IMG/VR virus record: IMGVR_UViG_3300031857_000136
From: a virus
Length of the DNA stretch: 64,000 nt
Direction: 5' to 3' (one strand)
In this document: in pieces, positions 46,726-55,400 of the stretch
Layout: each line of letters opens with the position of its first letter
Position numbering within the stretch: the stretch's first letter is position 1
Notes under the pieces: generated by a model
Told to the model about the DNA's origin: nothing
Database searches by the model: none
Seen by the model: only the letters and a program-made list of their open reading frames with translations
Position numbers and translations under genes: made by a program

Positions 46726-47838
46726 TTAAGGAATGTACATGATATAGTAGCACGCACGTACAGGCTGAATGTTAGCATGACCTAATCCACCACCTGTATT
46801 ACCAACAGTTACATTTATACCTGTAGTGGAACTTGTTGTATACTGAGGACCAGTGAGTACTGGTATATTTGGGTTTGATAATTGTGTAGCAACACATTGT
46901 GTTCCACCAGAGTCATCTGTAGTTCTGTTACCTCTAAAGATAGAGCTACCAGGAGCATGAGTGTGACCAGGGTCAGTAACTGTAACAGGATGTGAGTGTG
47001 CAGGGATTTGTGTGCTGTTTAATATTACAGTGTTAGCACCACCACCATCTCCAAGAGCATAGTTAGGATTACCAACGTTAATAGGATTAACAGCAGCATC
47101 TAGAGCACCACCACCCATACCAACAATAGCACCTACAGGAACACGTCCTCTTTTATCAGGAGTTCCATTTAAGCCATTACATAGGTAGATTTTGTCAAAC
47201 CCATCAGCGGCAATACCTGCTCCAGTGATATCAAAGTAACTTAATGGACCGTAGTATTCTACAGCTGTATAAGGAATCATCTTTGTATAGTTCTGTGTAG
47301 GAGCAAGACTGTCTAAGTAAGCTTGAATTAAAGTGTTTAAATCAGAAAGCTTTACATAGTTAGTATCTAAATCAAGAGCTAATGCAGCTAGGTCTACACC
47401 TAAATCACAAAGCTTTGTAATAACAGCTTGAACAATAGCATGAGTGTCAGAAGAGGCTGTTACACCTGTAAGACAATCTACATCATAGTTTGCGTTCAAT
47501 ACAGCAATATCAGCTTCTACAGCATCAACTTGTACCTGTAAATCACACGCAGCTTTTACTAAAGCTGTAAATAAATCTAAAGCAGAAGGATTTCCACAAT
47601 CAGGAAAACAAGGAGGAAGATATTTTGTAACTAGATTACAATAATCATCTGGATCTATAGTAATAGAAATTCCTGTTCCATCTAGAAAACTAATCACTTT
47701 ATTAATAAGAGCTTGCTCTACAACAAGAAGGTTATCACCAGTATCTATTCCTAAGGAAGGAATAGGGTCTCCTGTATATCTAACACATTTATCAGAAACA
47801 ATCTCTACACAACCGTTATAACAATTTGTACAAGACAT
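46726..47838 (-). CDS. 370-aa tail fibre protein with a T4 gp12-like phage tail-collar domain.
   Basis: The C-terminal half has IYLCNGLNGTPDKRGRVPVGAIVGMGGG...GGANTVILNSTQIPAHSHPV. This compares with the collar-domain hallmarks CDG..L, LPDLRGR and TLT..Q.P.H.H. Confidence 0.85.
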   Translation of the reverse strand: MSCTNCYNGCVEIVSDKCVRYTGDPIPSLGIDTGDNLLVVEQALINKVISFLDGTGISITIDPDDYCNLVTKYLPPCFPDCGNPSALDLFTALVKAACDLQVQVDAVEADIAVLNANYDVDCLTGVTASSDTHAIVQAVITKLCDLGVDLAALALDLDTNYVKLSDLNTLIQAYLDSLAPTQNYTKMIPYTAVEYYGPLSYFDITGAGIAADGFDKIYLCNGLNGTPDKRGRVPVGAIVGMGGGALDAAVNPINVGNPNYALGDGGGANTVILNSTQIPAHSHPVTVTDPGHTHAPGSSIFRGNRTTDDSGGTQCVATQLSNPNIPVLTGPQYTTSSTTGINVTVGNTGGGLGHANIQPVRACYYIMYIP

Positions 47839-47846
47839 TTTATAAA

Positions 47847-48113
47847 TTATTTATGAATTAAAAGTTTTACTTTACTCGCTATCATCTTTACAGTAAATTG
47901 ACTACAGTAATCAGGATTACAAAACTTGTAAGTTAAGATCCTTTTATAGTTTAGTAAGTCACCAATTACAACTCCTGGTACAGGATAATTTAAAGAGAAT
48001 ACGATATTATTATATTGATTATTTGCCAAGTCTGTTAACTTGCAATCAATATCAGCTAATAGTACAGGGATAGTTGCACAATCAACACAGTTTGTAAGCC
48101 TTGGTAATAACAT
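47847..48113 (-). CDS. 88-aa hypothetical protein with a CVDC motif.
   Basis: ORF track. Confidence 0.5.
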   Translation of the reverse strand: MLLPRLTNCVDCATIPVLLADIDCKLTDLANNQYNNIVFSLNYPVPGVVIGDLLNYKRILTYKFCNPDYCSQFTVKMIASKVKLLIHK

Positions 48114-48225
48114 TTTTTATTCTTTGAGTTGCTTGCTTCAGCTTATAATTACATGCTGAACATAAGCCATTAATTAATTGACAACCGCAGCCTACCTTTA
48201 GGCCACATTCTCTACAGTTTGCCAT
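48082..48225 (-). CDS. Possible 47-aa Cys-rich mini-protein MANCRECGLKVGCGCQLINGLCSACNYKLKQATQRIKNVITKAYKLC. It is below the ORF-track size cutoff.
   Basis: Hand translation of the 113-nt gap between the 185-aa and 88-aa genes. ATG at 48225..48223, TGA at 48084..48082. Six Cys are arranged like a zinc ribbon. It overlaps the start of the 88-aa ORF in another frame. Confidence 0.3.
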   Translation of the reverse strand: MANCRECGLKVGCGCQLINGLCSACNYKLKQATQRIKNVITKAYKLC

Positions 48226-48226
48226 A

Positions 48227-48784
48227 TTAGTGAAAATTAATTATGTAGTTATTTCCTGAACAACCACAATTGGTTTTAATAAAATTATTAAGCATTTTGT
48301 TTGCTTGTACATACAATTTATTAGAAGTGTCTACAGCACAGTTATTAGCTGCAGCAATAGAACCCTGAATCATGTAGTATATACTATTTAAATCCACCTT
48401 AGCTTGTGTCTTGATAGCAAGATCACATTCCATCATATCAAGCTTCATAAAAGCATTATCAAATTTCTCTTGTAACTGTTCAACACGAATGATGGTTTTG
48501 GTAACAAAGTTCTGGTATGCAGGTGCAACAGAGTATGTTAATGTATAGATTCCATCAGGTAGAGGAATCAATGGATCTCCCACAACACTAAGTCCTAAGG
48601 ACGCTGAATTAAATATATTAAAGTCATTAACGTTAAATGGTAGAGATACAGGTACAAACCCAGGCATTGTTATTTCAATGGTTGGAGAAGAAACAACGGG
48701 AGGATCTGTATCATAAGTTGATGCATCAGCCACACCTAATGTTAATGTATTATAAGTTGGTATTACCAGTATATCTAAGGTCAT
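48227..48784 (-). CDS. 185-aa hypothetical structural protein.
   Basis: ORF track. Confidence 0.7.
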   Translation of the reverse strand: MTLDILVIPTYNTLTLGVADASTYDTDPPVVSSPTIEITMPGFVPVSLPFNVNDFNIFNSASLGLSVVGDPLIPLPDGIYTLTYSVAPAYQNFVTKTIIRVEQLQEKFDNAFMKLDMMECDLAIKTQAKVDLNSIYYMIQGSIAAANNCAVDTSNKLYVQANKMLNNFIKTNCGCSGNNYIINFH

Positions 48785-48787
48785 GTC

Positions 48788-48840
48788 TTTAAAATAAATA
48801 TGCCAGAGGACTTGAGAAATATCCTCTCACCCTCTGGCAT
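48788..48840 (-). terminator. Terminator/attenuator hairpin downstream of the 380-aa gene.
   Basis: A perfect 9-bp inverted repeat TGCCAGAGG ... CCTCTGGCA (48801-48809 and 48831-48839) encloses a small inner stem. On the minus strand it is followed by AUUUAUUUUAAAG. Confidence 0.5.
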
Positions 48841-48867
48841 AGGTTATATGATTCTACTTGTATTCTA

Positions 48868-50010
48868 TTAAGGAATCAAAGTAGTTGTTGTTGAAGTACT
48901 AGGCCAAACAGTAGTTGTAGTAGAAGTAGTACTTGTGATAGGACCGCTATCATCAGTAACAGGACCTAAACCAGCAACTAAGATTGCCTCGATTGCAGCA
49001 GTTGCACCACTAGGAATAGCAAGGATTACAGTGCTATCTTCGATGATGTAATCACCCCACTTGTAAGCAGATTTGTCATACTCATTGAACTTAATGTAAT
49101 AAGTGTCATAAGTAGTACCATCAGTTACCCAAGACTCAAAGTTCTCGTTGTAACCAACCATTCTGTACAAATGCTTAAGGTAACCAGCTTGGTAGCTATA
49201 GAAGTTTTTCTCTAATTGCTTGATCTCATCTGAAGTACCAGATACATAAGAAGCACGTTGAGTAACTACAGCCTCAGCAACGATGTTACAATTGTCAGCA
49301 ACGATGAAGTCAGCAGTTGTAGCTGGTCCACTGTATACGAAAGTACGGAAGTACATACGATCGTATTCCCAAGGGAATGCAGCAACATCACATGGTTGAC
49401 CATACTTAGTTAATGGTTTACCAGAGATAACTAACTTAGCGTTCTGATCGTTACCAACTCTTTGGAATTGATAGAAAGTGTTGAAGCTAATGTTGTCAGG
49501 GTTGTTACCTGGAGCTTCTTGTTCAAACTTTAAGATAGCTTGATCAATGAAAGCAGGAACATCAACATCTGCACATGGATCGCCACCACACTCTAAACAA
49601 GGAGCAACAACTGTAATAGAACGGGTGAAACCGTTGAAATACAATGTGTCAATGTAAGAAGAATGAGCACGTAATGTGAATGTTACAACATCACCAGCTT
49701 TAACGTTGAAGTTACCAACTTGAGTTACTTGGTTAGCAGCCACTGGGTTACCAACCACTTTATACCACTCACTAACTTGGGCAGAAGCAATCTTATCAGA
49801 ACGCTTAGAACCTTGTAAATAAGTGTTAACTCTACCTTGAGCCAAATAGAAATACGGTTTAGCAGCAATGTTACCTGCAGTAGCTACAGAGTAATCGCTT
49901 CTAAAGATGCCAAACTGACCTGCGGTCAAGTTTTGCGTAGAAGTACCAGGACTAGGTAGAGAGTTTCCTACTGGTACTACGAAGAGCGTAGTTAATGAAA
50001 AATCAGCCAT
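48868..50010 (-). CDS. 380-aa probable abundant structural (tail/ring-type) protein with a Thr-rich C-terminal tail (TSTTSTTTTVWPSTSTTTTLIP).
   Basis: ORF track; followed by its own terminator-like hairpin. Confidence 0.75.
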   Translation of the reverse strand: MADFSLTTLFVVPVGNSLPSPGTSTQNLTAGQFGIFRSDYSVATAGNIAAKPYFYLAQGRVNTYLQGSKRSDKIASAQVSEWYKVVGNPVAANQVTQVGNFNVKAGDVVTFTLRAHSSYIDTLYFNGFTRSITVVAPCLECGGDPCADVDVPAFIDQAILKFEQEAPGNNPDNISFNTFYQFQRVGNDQNAKLVISGKPLTKYGQPCDVAAFPWEYDRMYFRTFVYSGPATTADFIVADNCNIVAEAVVTQRASYVSGTSDEIKQLEKNFYSYQAGYLKHLYRMVGYNENFESWVTDGTTYDTYYIKFNEYDKSAYKWGDYIIEDSTVILAIPSGATAAIEAILVAGLGPVTDDSGPITSTTSTTTTVWPSTSTTTTLIP

Positions 50011-50037
50011 TTTGTTTTATTTAAATTGTGAAAATAA

Positions 50038-50769
50038 CTATTCGTTTGTCTGAATCCTAAATTGAGCACTTTGAACTGCAGATTGATTCTCTGTATACAT
50101 CGCTAGGTTTTGAACTGTTAAGTCTAACAACTCATCTTCCAGGTATGTTTCTAGTTCGCAATCAGCGTCATAAGAATTTTGCCCATCTAACATAACATAT
50201 CCAGTTTTATTGATATACACTGGATATCTCATATATGATACGTATATTTTCTTAGGTGTGAATGTACCGTCAGTAAATATAGAAATCTCATCAGAAGTTA
50301 GTAGGTTGAACGTTTCTTGATATTCAAACGATGGTTTGTAATGGGTATTGTTTAAGCAAAATTGCAAATCGCTATGCTTAGCCAAGTCTCTATTAATCCA
50401 TATTTGTCTATCTTTACACAAACCCTTATCCGCAATTACATAACTATCTATATAGAACATGTACTTTGGAGTGAGTTGATTTAGTCCAGCCGACCATTGA
50501 TTTAATTCAGCATTCTTGATTGTTAAGTCAAGAGGTTGTTTATTGTAATCTACAACCAGATTTTGTAAGTCTTCATAACGCTTCTTAAAAGCATCAAGAC
50601 CTAAACCAGAAACTGTGTTTTGACCGTCAACCTTCTGTTTAATCAACTTGATCTGAGCCTCATTCAAGGCTAAAATCTTATCTTCCAATTGGATTTGTTG
50701 ATGCTCGTTAGTCGATAGTTTATTTAGTTTCTGGTCAATTTTATATAATAAACTATCTACAGGTATCAT
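50038..50769 (-). CDS. 243-aa hypothetical head/tail assembly protein.
   Basis: ORF track; 4-nt overlap with its upstream neighbour. Confidence 0.75.
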   Translation of the reverse strand: MIPVDSLLYKIDQKLNKLSTNEHQQIQLEDKILALNEAQIKLIKQKVDGQNTVSGLGLDAFKKRYEDLQNLVVDYNKQPLDLTIKNAELNQWSAGLNQLTPKYMFYIDSYVIADKGLCKDRQIWINRDLAKHSDLQFCLNNTHYKPSFEYQETFNLLTSDEISIFTDGTFTPKKIYVSYMRYPVYINKTGYVMLDGQNSYDADCELETYLEDELLDLTVQNLAMYTENQSAVQSAQFRIQTNE

Positions 50770-51734
50770 ACAGAAGCTATTTTCTTAGTTTTTAATTTTC
50801 CTTCCAAGGTTAATAATTCGTCTTGGTTATCTTCATCAGCAAGGAATTTAACTAAATCATCTTCATCCTTAGCAATCTCAAATTCACCTTCGTACACTTT
50901 ACCATTAGGTTTTAAACGATATACTGAGTGAGCAATAGCTTGCTTAACCAAGTCTTTAATATGGAGTAAGTTTTCCTTCATATCTGCAAATCTGGTGAAC
51001 ACCTCTACAGGGTTTAAACCAGCATGTTTGCCATTCTTGAATTCTGTTTGTTTTAATAGGTTATCTACCTGGTTGTATACAGATTCTTCTTTAGTGTCTT
51101 CTGTAACAGGTAATCCTAACAATCTTGCTACTTTGCGTTTCTTCTCAGGACTCATTGCATCAAACTTGACAATAGCCTTGTTGATCAATTGTTTCTTCTT
51201 GAATATCACTGCATTTTCAATTTCATCATCAGCAACATAAAATTGTGTATCTGCAGGAACTTCACCACGCTCCCAAGCCTGATAGCTAGAGGCAATTGTT
51301 GGATGAACTCTCAACCAAGCAAATGCTAACTCCTGAAAAGGATTAGTAAAGTCAAAGTAGTTATCACCATCCATTAACTTAACTGCTTGTACATGTAATG
51401 TATCATCTGTAGATGTAGACAATCCATAGTTCCAGAAACTAGAACGAGGACTTAAATCAACATCACCTAAAGCAGTTTCAAGCTTCTTTTTAAGTGCTGT
51501 AACTCTTTCAACTTCCATTTCTCTTTCAAGACTATCACCCATCCTACGGATGTATGAAGCATTTGGATCTAATCCAGTTCTGTACTGACCATCAAGTTCC
51601 TTGTAAGGATACTTAAATACACCTGTTCCAGGGATCCTGGTTAAACCTTTTTGTGCAAGACCACCTTGCATGGTTTGCAACTGAGAGTTGTTGTAATCTT
51701 TCTTAATAGTAGAGATTTTTCCTATCTTACCCAT
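50766..51734 (-). CDS. 322-aa hypothetical structural protein.
   Basis: ORF track. Confidence 0.75.
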   Translation of the reverse strand: MGKIGKISTIKKDYNNSQLQTMQGGLAQKGLTRIPGTGVFKYPYKELDGQYRTGLDPNASYIRRMGDSLEREMEVERVTALKKKLETALGDVDLSPRSSFWNYGLSTSTDDTLHVQAVKLMDGDNYFDFTNPFQELAFAWLRVHPTIASSYQAWERGEVPADTQFYVADDEIENAVIFKKKQLINKAIVKFDAMSPEKKRKVARLLGLPVTEDTKEESVYNQVDNLLKQTEFKNGKHAGLNPVEVFTRFADMKENLLHIKDLVKQAIAHSVYRLKPNGKVYEGEFEIAKDEDDLVKFLADEDNQDELLTLEGKLKTKKIASV

Positions 51735-51835
51735 ATGTAGTTGTTTTTTGTTTGGTTTATTTTTGCAGATGGGTTCTCAGCGAAGAGAGTGCGATACAGA
51801 CATGTGATCTGTACCCATCCATCTGTGTGAGAAGA

Positions 51836-51861
51836 CTCCCCCACGTGGAGTAGTGGGGGGG
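51836..51861 (-). promoter_or_regulatory. GC-rich stem-loop immediately downstream of the capsid gene (CUCCCCCAC / GUGGGGGGG arms, 8-nt loop). No U-tract follows.
   Basis: Seven contiguous G-C pairs in an otherwise AT-rich genome. The whole 160-nt gap 51735-51895 is unusually GC-rich and carries further inverted repeats (CAGATGG/CCATCTG, ACAGA/TCTGT). Confidence 0.5.
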
Positions 51862-51895
51862 AATTCTTCTCGGTAGGTTATGCCTAATCGTTAGA

Positions 51896-53449
51896 TTAGA
51901 ATTGTGGTATTTCTTCGATTAATACTGTACGTGATAAATCTTCAATGAATACATCACAACGGTCTTTCATCCAAATCTCATAACCAGGGAATTTGTTCGC
52001 AGAACTCATACCTTGAGACTTAGCAAAACCTAAGTGGTGACGAGTTCCATCGATATAACCCCAAGTCATTGAAGGAGCACCCTTCATACGTACTTCACGG
52101 ATGTTGTTTACCATTGAACCATCGCTCATTGGAGATACATCAAACACCATGAATACAGGAGTAGATTTTTTGTTCTGACCGAATTCTAAGTTAGTTTGAG
52201 GAAGGTCTAATTCTTTTAAGTGAATTAGTTCAACACGACCTGTTTCACGTGTAACCATTGCATCGAATGCAAAGTTGTAAGTGATGTGTTGACCTTCTCC
52301 TTGCATGTAGCGATTACCAGAATCAGCCATGAAAGTTAAACCAGAATTAAGTGCATCATTTTTAAGAGCTTGTTGGAACACATCGAAACCAGCTTCGTTA
52401 GTGTACATTTTAACTCTACGATCCTTAACATCAACACGTCTGTAGAATAAGTCACCAAACACTGAACGAATCAAGTTTGCAGTGAACTCACCACGGTTGT
52501 ATTGTACTAAGTTACCGTTATTACGCATTCTGTGGTATACACCAGCAGATGTACGCTTTAATTCTTGCTTAGAACCATTAGTCTTCACGGTACCAGGCTT
52601 AGCCCAGATCATACGCTTAACTTTTAATTCTAACATAGACTTACGCATCCAGAACTCAATAAATGGTTCCCATTTAACATCGTTACGAGTTAAAGGTAAT
52701 TGGTTACGTCTTTGTGGAGCATATACTAAGATGTCAAGAGGCTTACCAGAAGCATCACGCATCATTTTGTCATCAGCCCACTCAGTGATCTTGTGCTCAT
52801 AACCATATGCAGAACCTAAAGATTCAAACATAGTGATTTGCTCACCTAAACGAGGAAGACCTAATAAGTCTTGATCGAATTCACCGATAGCAGCATCAAC
52901 TAATTCAAGTTCAATACCAGTCTGTAAGAAAGTAGAACTTACGTAATCTACTTGAGGGTTGTCAGTCACAAGAGTGAAGGTGTACAAAAAGCCCATATTC
53001 CAAGGAATAGGATCTTTGATCACGTAGAAACGAGGACCATACTGACGAGTACCTACAGAAACAATTGCATTCTTAGAGAACTCATTAGTGTCAATTACAA
53101 GAGAAAACTCTTGACCATCGATACCTGGCTTATCTAGAGCTAGAGTGCTATCAGGAATATCAATGATTTTAGGGAATTTGTAAGGAACTTGTACTTGCCA
53201 CTTCCAAGCATCACTGTTGTTATCGATATAGTAAGGAGTGCTCTTGTTAATCATATCCAAGAAATCGTTACTGTAAAGAGAACTCTGAGTGTACAAACTG
53301 ATAATCTTCTTATCATAATCTGCTGGCTCAGTCGAGTGAAAACTCTCCAAGTGGTTTGCATCTGTCAACTTACCTACTGCACGCTTGTCCATAGAAGCAA
53401 CACGAGCATACGTAAAGCCAGTTAAACCTGGAATTGTTTGAATTGCCAT
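51896..53449 (-). CDS. 517-aa probable major capsid protein.
   Basis: Its position directly after the scaffold-like gene, its size and the strong RNA structure right after it fit a capsid protein. The N-terminal GFTYARVAS motif is shared with a cargo protein. Identity is positional; no fold-level evidence is available. Confidence 0.55.
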   Translation of the reverse strand: MAIQTIPGLTGFTYARVASMDKRAVGKLTDANHLESFHSTEPADYDKKIISLYTQSSLYSNDFLDMINKSTPYYIDNNSDAWKWQVQVPYKFPKIIDIPDSTLALDKPGIDGQEFSLVIDTNEFSKNAIVSVGTRQYGPRFYVIKDPIPWNMGFLYTFTLVTDNPQVDYVSSTFLQTGIELELVDAAIGEFDQDLLGLPRLGEQITMFESLGSAYGYEHKITEWADDKMMRDASGKPLDILVYAPQRRNQLPLTRNDVKWEPFIEFWMRKSMLELKVKRMIWAKPGTVKTNGSKQELKRTSAGVYHRMRNNGNLVQYNRGEFTANLIRSVFGDLFYRRVDVKDRRVKMYTNEAGFDVFQQALKNDALNSGLTFMADSGNRYMQGEGQHITYNFAFDAMVTRETGRVELIHLKELDLPQTNLEFGQNKKSTPVFMVFDVSPMSDGSMVNNIREVRMKGAPSMTWGYIDGTRHHLGFAKSQGMSSANKFPGYEIWMKDRCDVFIEDLSRTVLIEEIPQF

Positions 53450-53483
53450 TTTGTTATTTTTTTAATTAATGTTTATAAATTGT

Positions 53484-54746
53484 TTATTGAAACCATGAAG
53501 TTGTAGGCTTGGGCTTATTTCCTGTTTTTGTAGAACTTTTGCTAACTTGTCTAGCAACTTCACCAAACAATTCATTTGACTTCTTGGTGATACCAGTCTT
53601 TTGTATTGTAGATAATGTAGGATCCTTTTCTAAAATCTTTAATAAAAGTCCAATCTTAACCTTTGTTGCATGGTTTTCTGGACGCTTAAGTTCTAGAATA
53701 GTGCGATCAAAATCTGTGAGAGTCTCACCAGATGCTGTCTTATACTTATCTACTAACAGGAAATCTTGTAGTTCACCAGCCAATTTAGGGTTCAGAGGAA
53801 TACCGTCAAACTCTTTTGTTTTTAGTTTTTCTTGTAATACCGACTGAACGTTTTGATAGTATTGCTGTTTAACAGCAGCTTGCTGTTGTAATCTTCTTTC
53901 GTTTTCTTGCTCCATTTGTTGGAGCTTTGCTGCTTCTTTCTTAACCAACACTTTGTGGTGTTTAGTAGCAACAGTTTCCAAATCACCGTAATTCTTAAGT
54001 CTTTCAACTTCTGTTGTAACATCCTCAGGATCAAATCCTTGATCAGAGAGTGCTTGTTTAATTACTGCAACTTGGTTAGATTCGTCTGCTAAGTCCATCT
54101 CAGCAAAACTCTTTATATTATTATAAGTACCGAAATACTCTTTTGGATCTACTCCTTTTACAAATATGGCATCAAATGCTTGTTGATAATCTTCTCCAAA
54201 TTGACCAATGAAGTTGTTTACCACCTCAATAGCTCCTTTCTTCTTTTCAGCTTGGAAACGCTCAAGGAATTCCTCAGGAGTTGAGATATTAACTTCTTCA
54301 TCATCTTCATCGTTGGTGAATACACCAAGTTTGAAAAGGTCTCTAGATAGAGATGTAAATGGACTAGATGGTTCATCACCTTCTGTTTCATTATCATCTT
54401 CTGTATCTGCAGGAGCTTTTGCTTTGGGAGTTGGAGCAGGAGAATCATCTTCATCATCATCCTCTTCATCATCTCCACCTAGTAAAAAGTCCTGTAAAGA
54501 TTTTTTATTATCTTCTTTATTTTCCTCATCATTCTCTTCTGAAGCAGCAGCAGGAGCTGGTGTCTTCTTTGCAGGTTTAGGTGCAGGAGCAGGTTCATCT
54601 TTAATATCTTGGATATCATCAGGATTGGTAGTAGAAGTCTCAGGAGCAAATAAGTCACTTAAAAGCTCTTGGTTTCCCATGCCCATTTCCATAGTATCTT
54701 GAATACTAAAGTTTCCCATTGACGGGTTGTCTAGATTTTCAGCCAT
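53484..54746 (-). CDS. 420-aa acidic scaffold-like protein (E/D runs and PAPAPKPAKKTPAPAAAS, with a helical Q/K-rich C-terminus).
   Basis: Composition and position between portal/SPFH and the capsid gene. The antisense Ser-rich ORF 54208..54702 is an artefact. Confidence 0.55.
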   Translation of the reverse strand: MAENLDNPSMGNFSIQDTMEMGMGNQELLSDLFAPETSTTNPDDIQDIKDEPAPAPKPAKKTPAPAAASEENDEENKEDNKKSLQDFLLGGDDEEDDDEDDSPAPTPKAKAPADTEDDNETEGDEPSSPFTSLSRDLFKLGVFTNDEDDEEVNISTPEEFLERFQAEKKKGAIEVVNNFIGQFGEDYQQAFDAIFVKGVDPKEYFGTYNNIKSFAEMDLADESNQVAVIKQALSDQGFDPEDVTTEVERLKNYGDLETVATKHHKVLVKKEAAKLQQMEQENERRLQQQAAVKQQYYQNVQSVLQEKLKTKEFDGIPLNPKLAGELQDFLLVDKYKTASGETLTDFDRTILELKRPENHATKVKIGLLLKILEKDPTLSTIQKTGITKKSNELFGEVARQVSKSSTKTGNKPKPTTSWFQ

Positions 54747-54778
54747 ATGTAGTTTATTTTATTATTGGTTTTCAGATG

Positions 54779-54809
54779 TAAAAGTATATTATTATAAATT
54801 AATACCAAA
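54779..54809 (-). promoter_or_regulatory. Bacteroidetes-type promoter upstream of the scaffold-capsid unit.
   Basis: The minus strand reads TTTG-N19-TACTTTTA, about 33 nt before the ATG at 54746. Confidence 0.5.
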
Positions 54810-54867
54810 GAGGTAGTGCACTATAAGGCCCATTATTCACGATAATATAGCATTAATGTAATTCACT

Positions 54868-55398
54868 CTAATCAAGATTGTTTGTAATTGTGTCATTTAT
54901 TAATCTAAAGCTCTTGATTGGGGCTAGGTCAGTGAGCGTAACTTGTTGAATCTCAACACCCCATTTCCTAGCTTCAACCCTCACCTTCTTAGTTAATGTG
55001 TTATCAAGTTCTGCATCCGTACATTCTTCCAGAGACATAGACATGATTACGTTTTTTATGACACTTTGTGACATGTCAGCTATTGCATCTTGGGCATCAA
55101 ATACTTCTAACAGGAATGTTTTTACATCTGATATCTTGTATTTGATTACCCCCTTGACAACAATATTCTGTCTATCACTGGTATACAAAGATTGTGCTGG
55201 AAGGCTTAATGTTGTAACAACGACATGTTGGTCAATCACCTCATCTACAAATGGTATCTTTGGGTGGAACCCAGGTTTCAACACCTTTTTAAATTTACCA
55301 AATCTTAGAAGTACAGCCTCCTCGTAATCCCTAATAATAATACCAGGGAGTACGTCTGAGCCAAATTGTAACACAACGTCAATCAGCCTATCTAACAT
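54868..55398 (-). CDS. 176-aa SPFH/band-7 (stomatin/prohibitin-fold) protein lacking a TM anchor.
   Basis: The core reads YEEAVLLRFGKFKKVLKPGFHPKIPFVDEVIDQHVVVTTLSLPAQSLYTSDRQNIVVKGVIKYKISDV...KKVRVEARKWGVEIQQVTLTDLAP. This matches the SPFH pattern (RFGK..L.PG.H...PF.D.V.......L..P.Q...T.D...V.V...V.Y.I.D......WG..V..V.I.D). Confidence 0.8.
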   Translation of the reverse strand: MLDRLIDVVLQFGSDVLPGIIIRDYEEAVLLRFGKFKKVLKPGFHPKIPFVDEVIDQHVVVTTLSLPAQSLYTSDRQNIVVKGVIKYKISDVKTFLLEVFDAQDAIADMSQSVIKNVIMSMSLEECTDAELDNTLTKKVRVEARKWGVEIQQVTLTDLAPIKSFRLINDTITNNLD

Positions 55399-55400
55399 AA

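Noticed and set aside
51735-51895. A possible tRNA or ncRNA gene in the GC-rich spacer after the capsid gene.
   Set aside because: No 7-bp acceptor stem with a properly placed GTTCRA T-loop and anticodon arm could be fitted on either strand. It is kept only as a structured element.
54208-54702. Plus-strand 164-aa Ser-rich ORF and the histidine-rich ORFs at 54218..54580.
   Set aside because: They are mirror-frame artefacts of the acidic E/D-repeat region of the scaffold-like gene on the minus strand.
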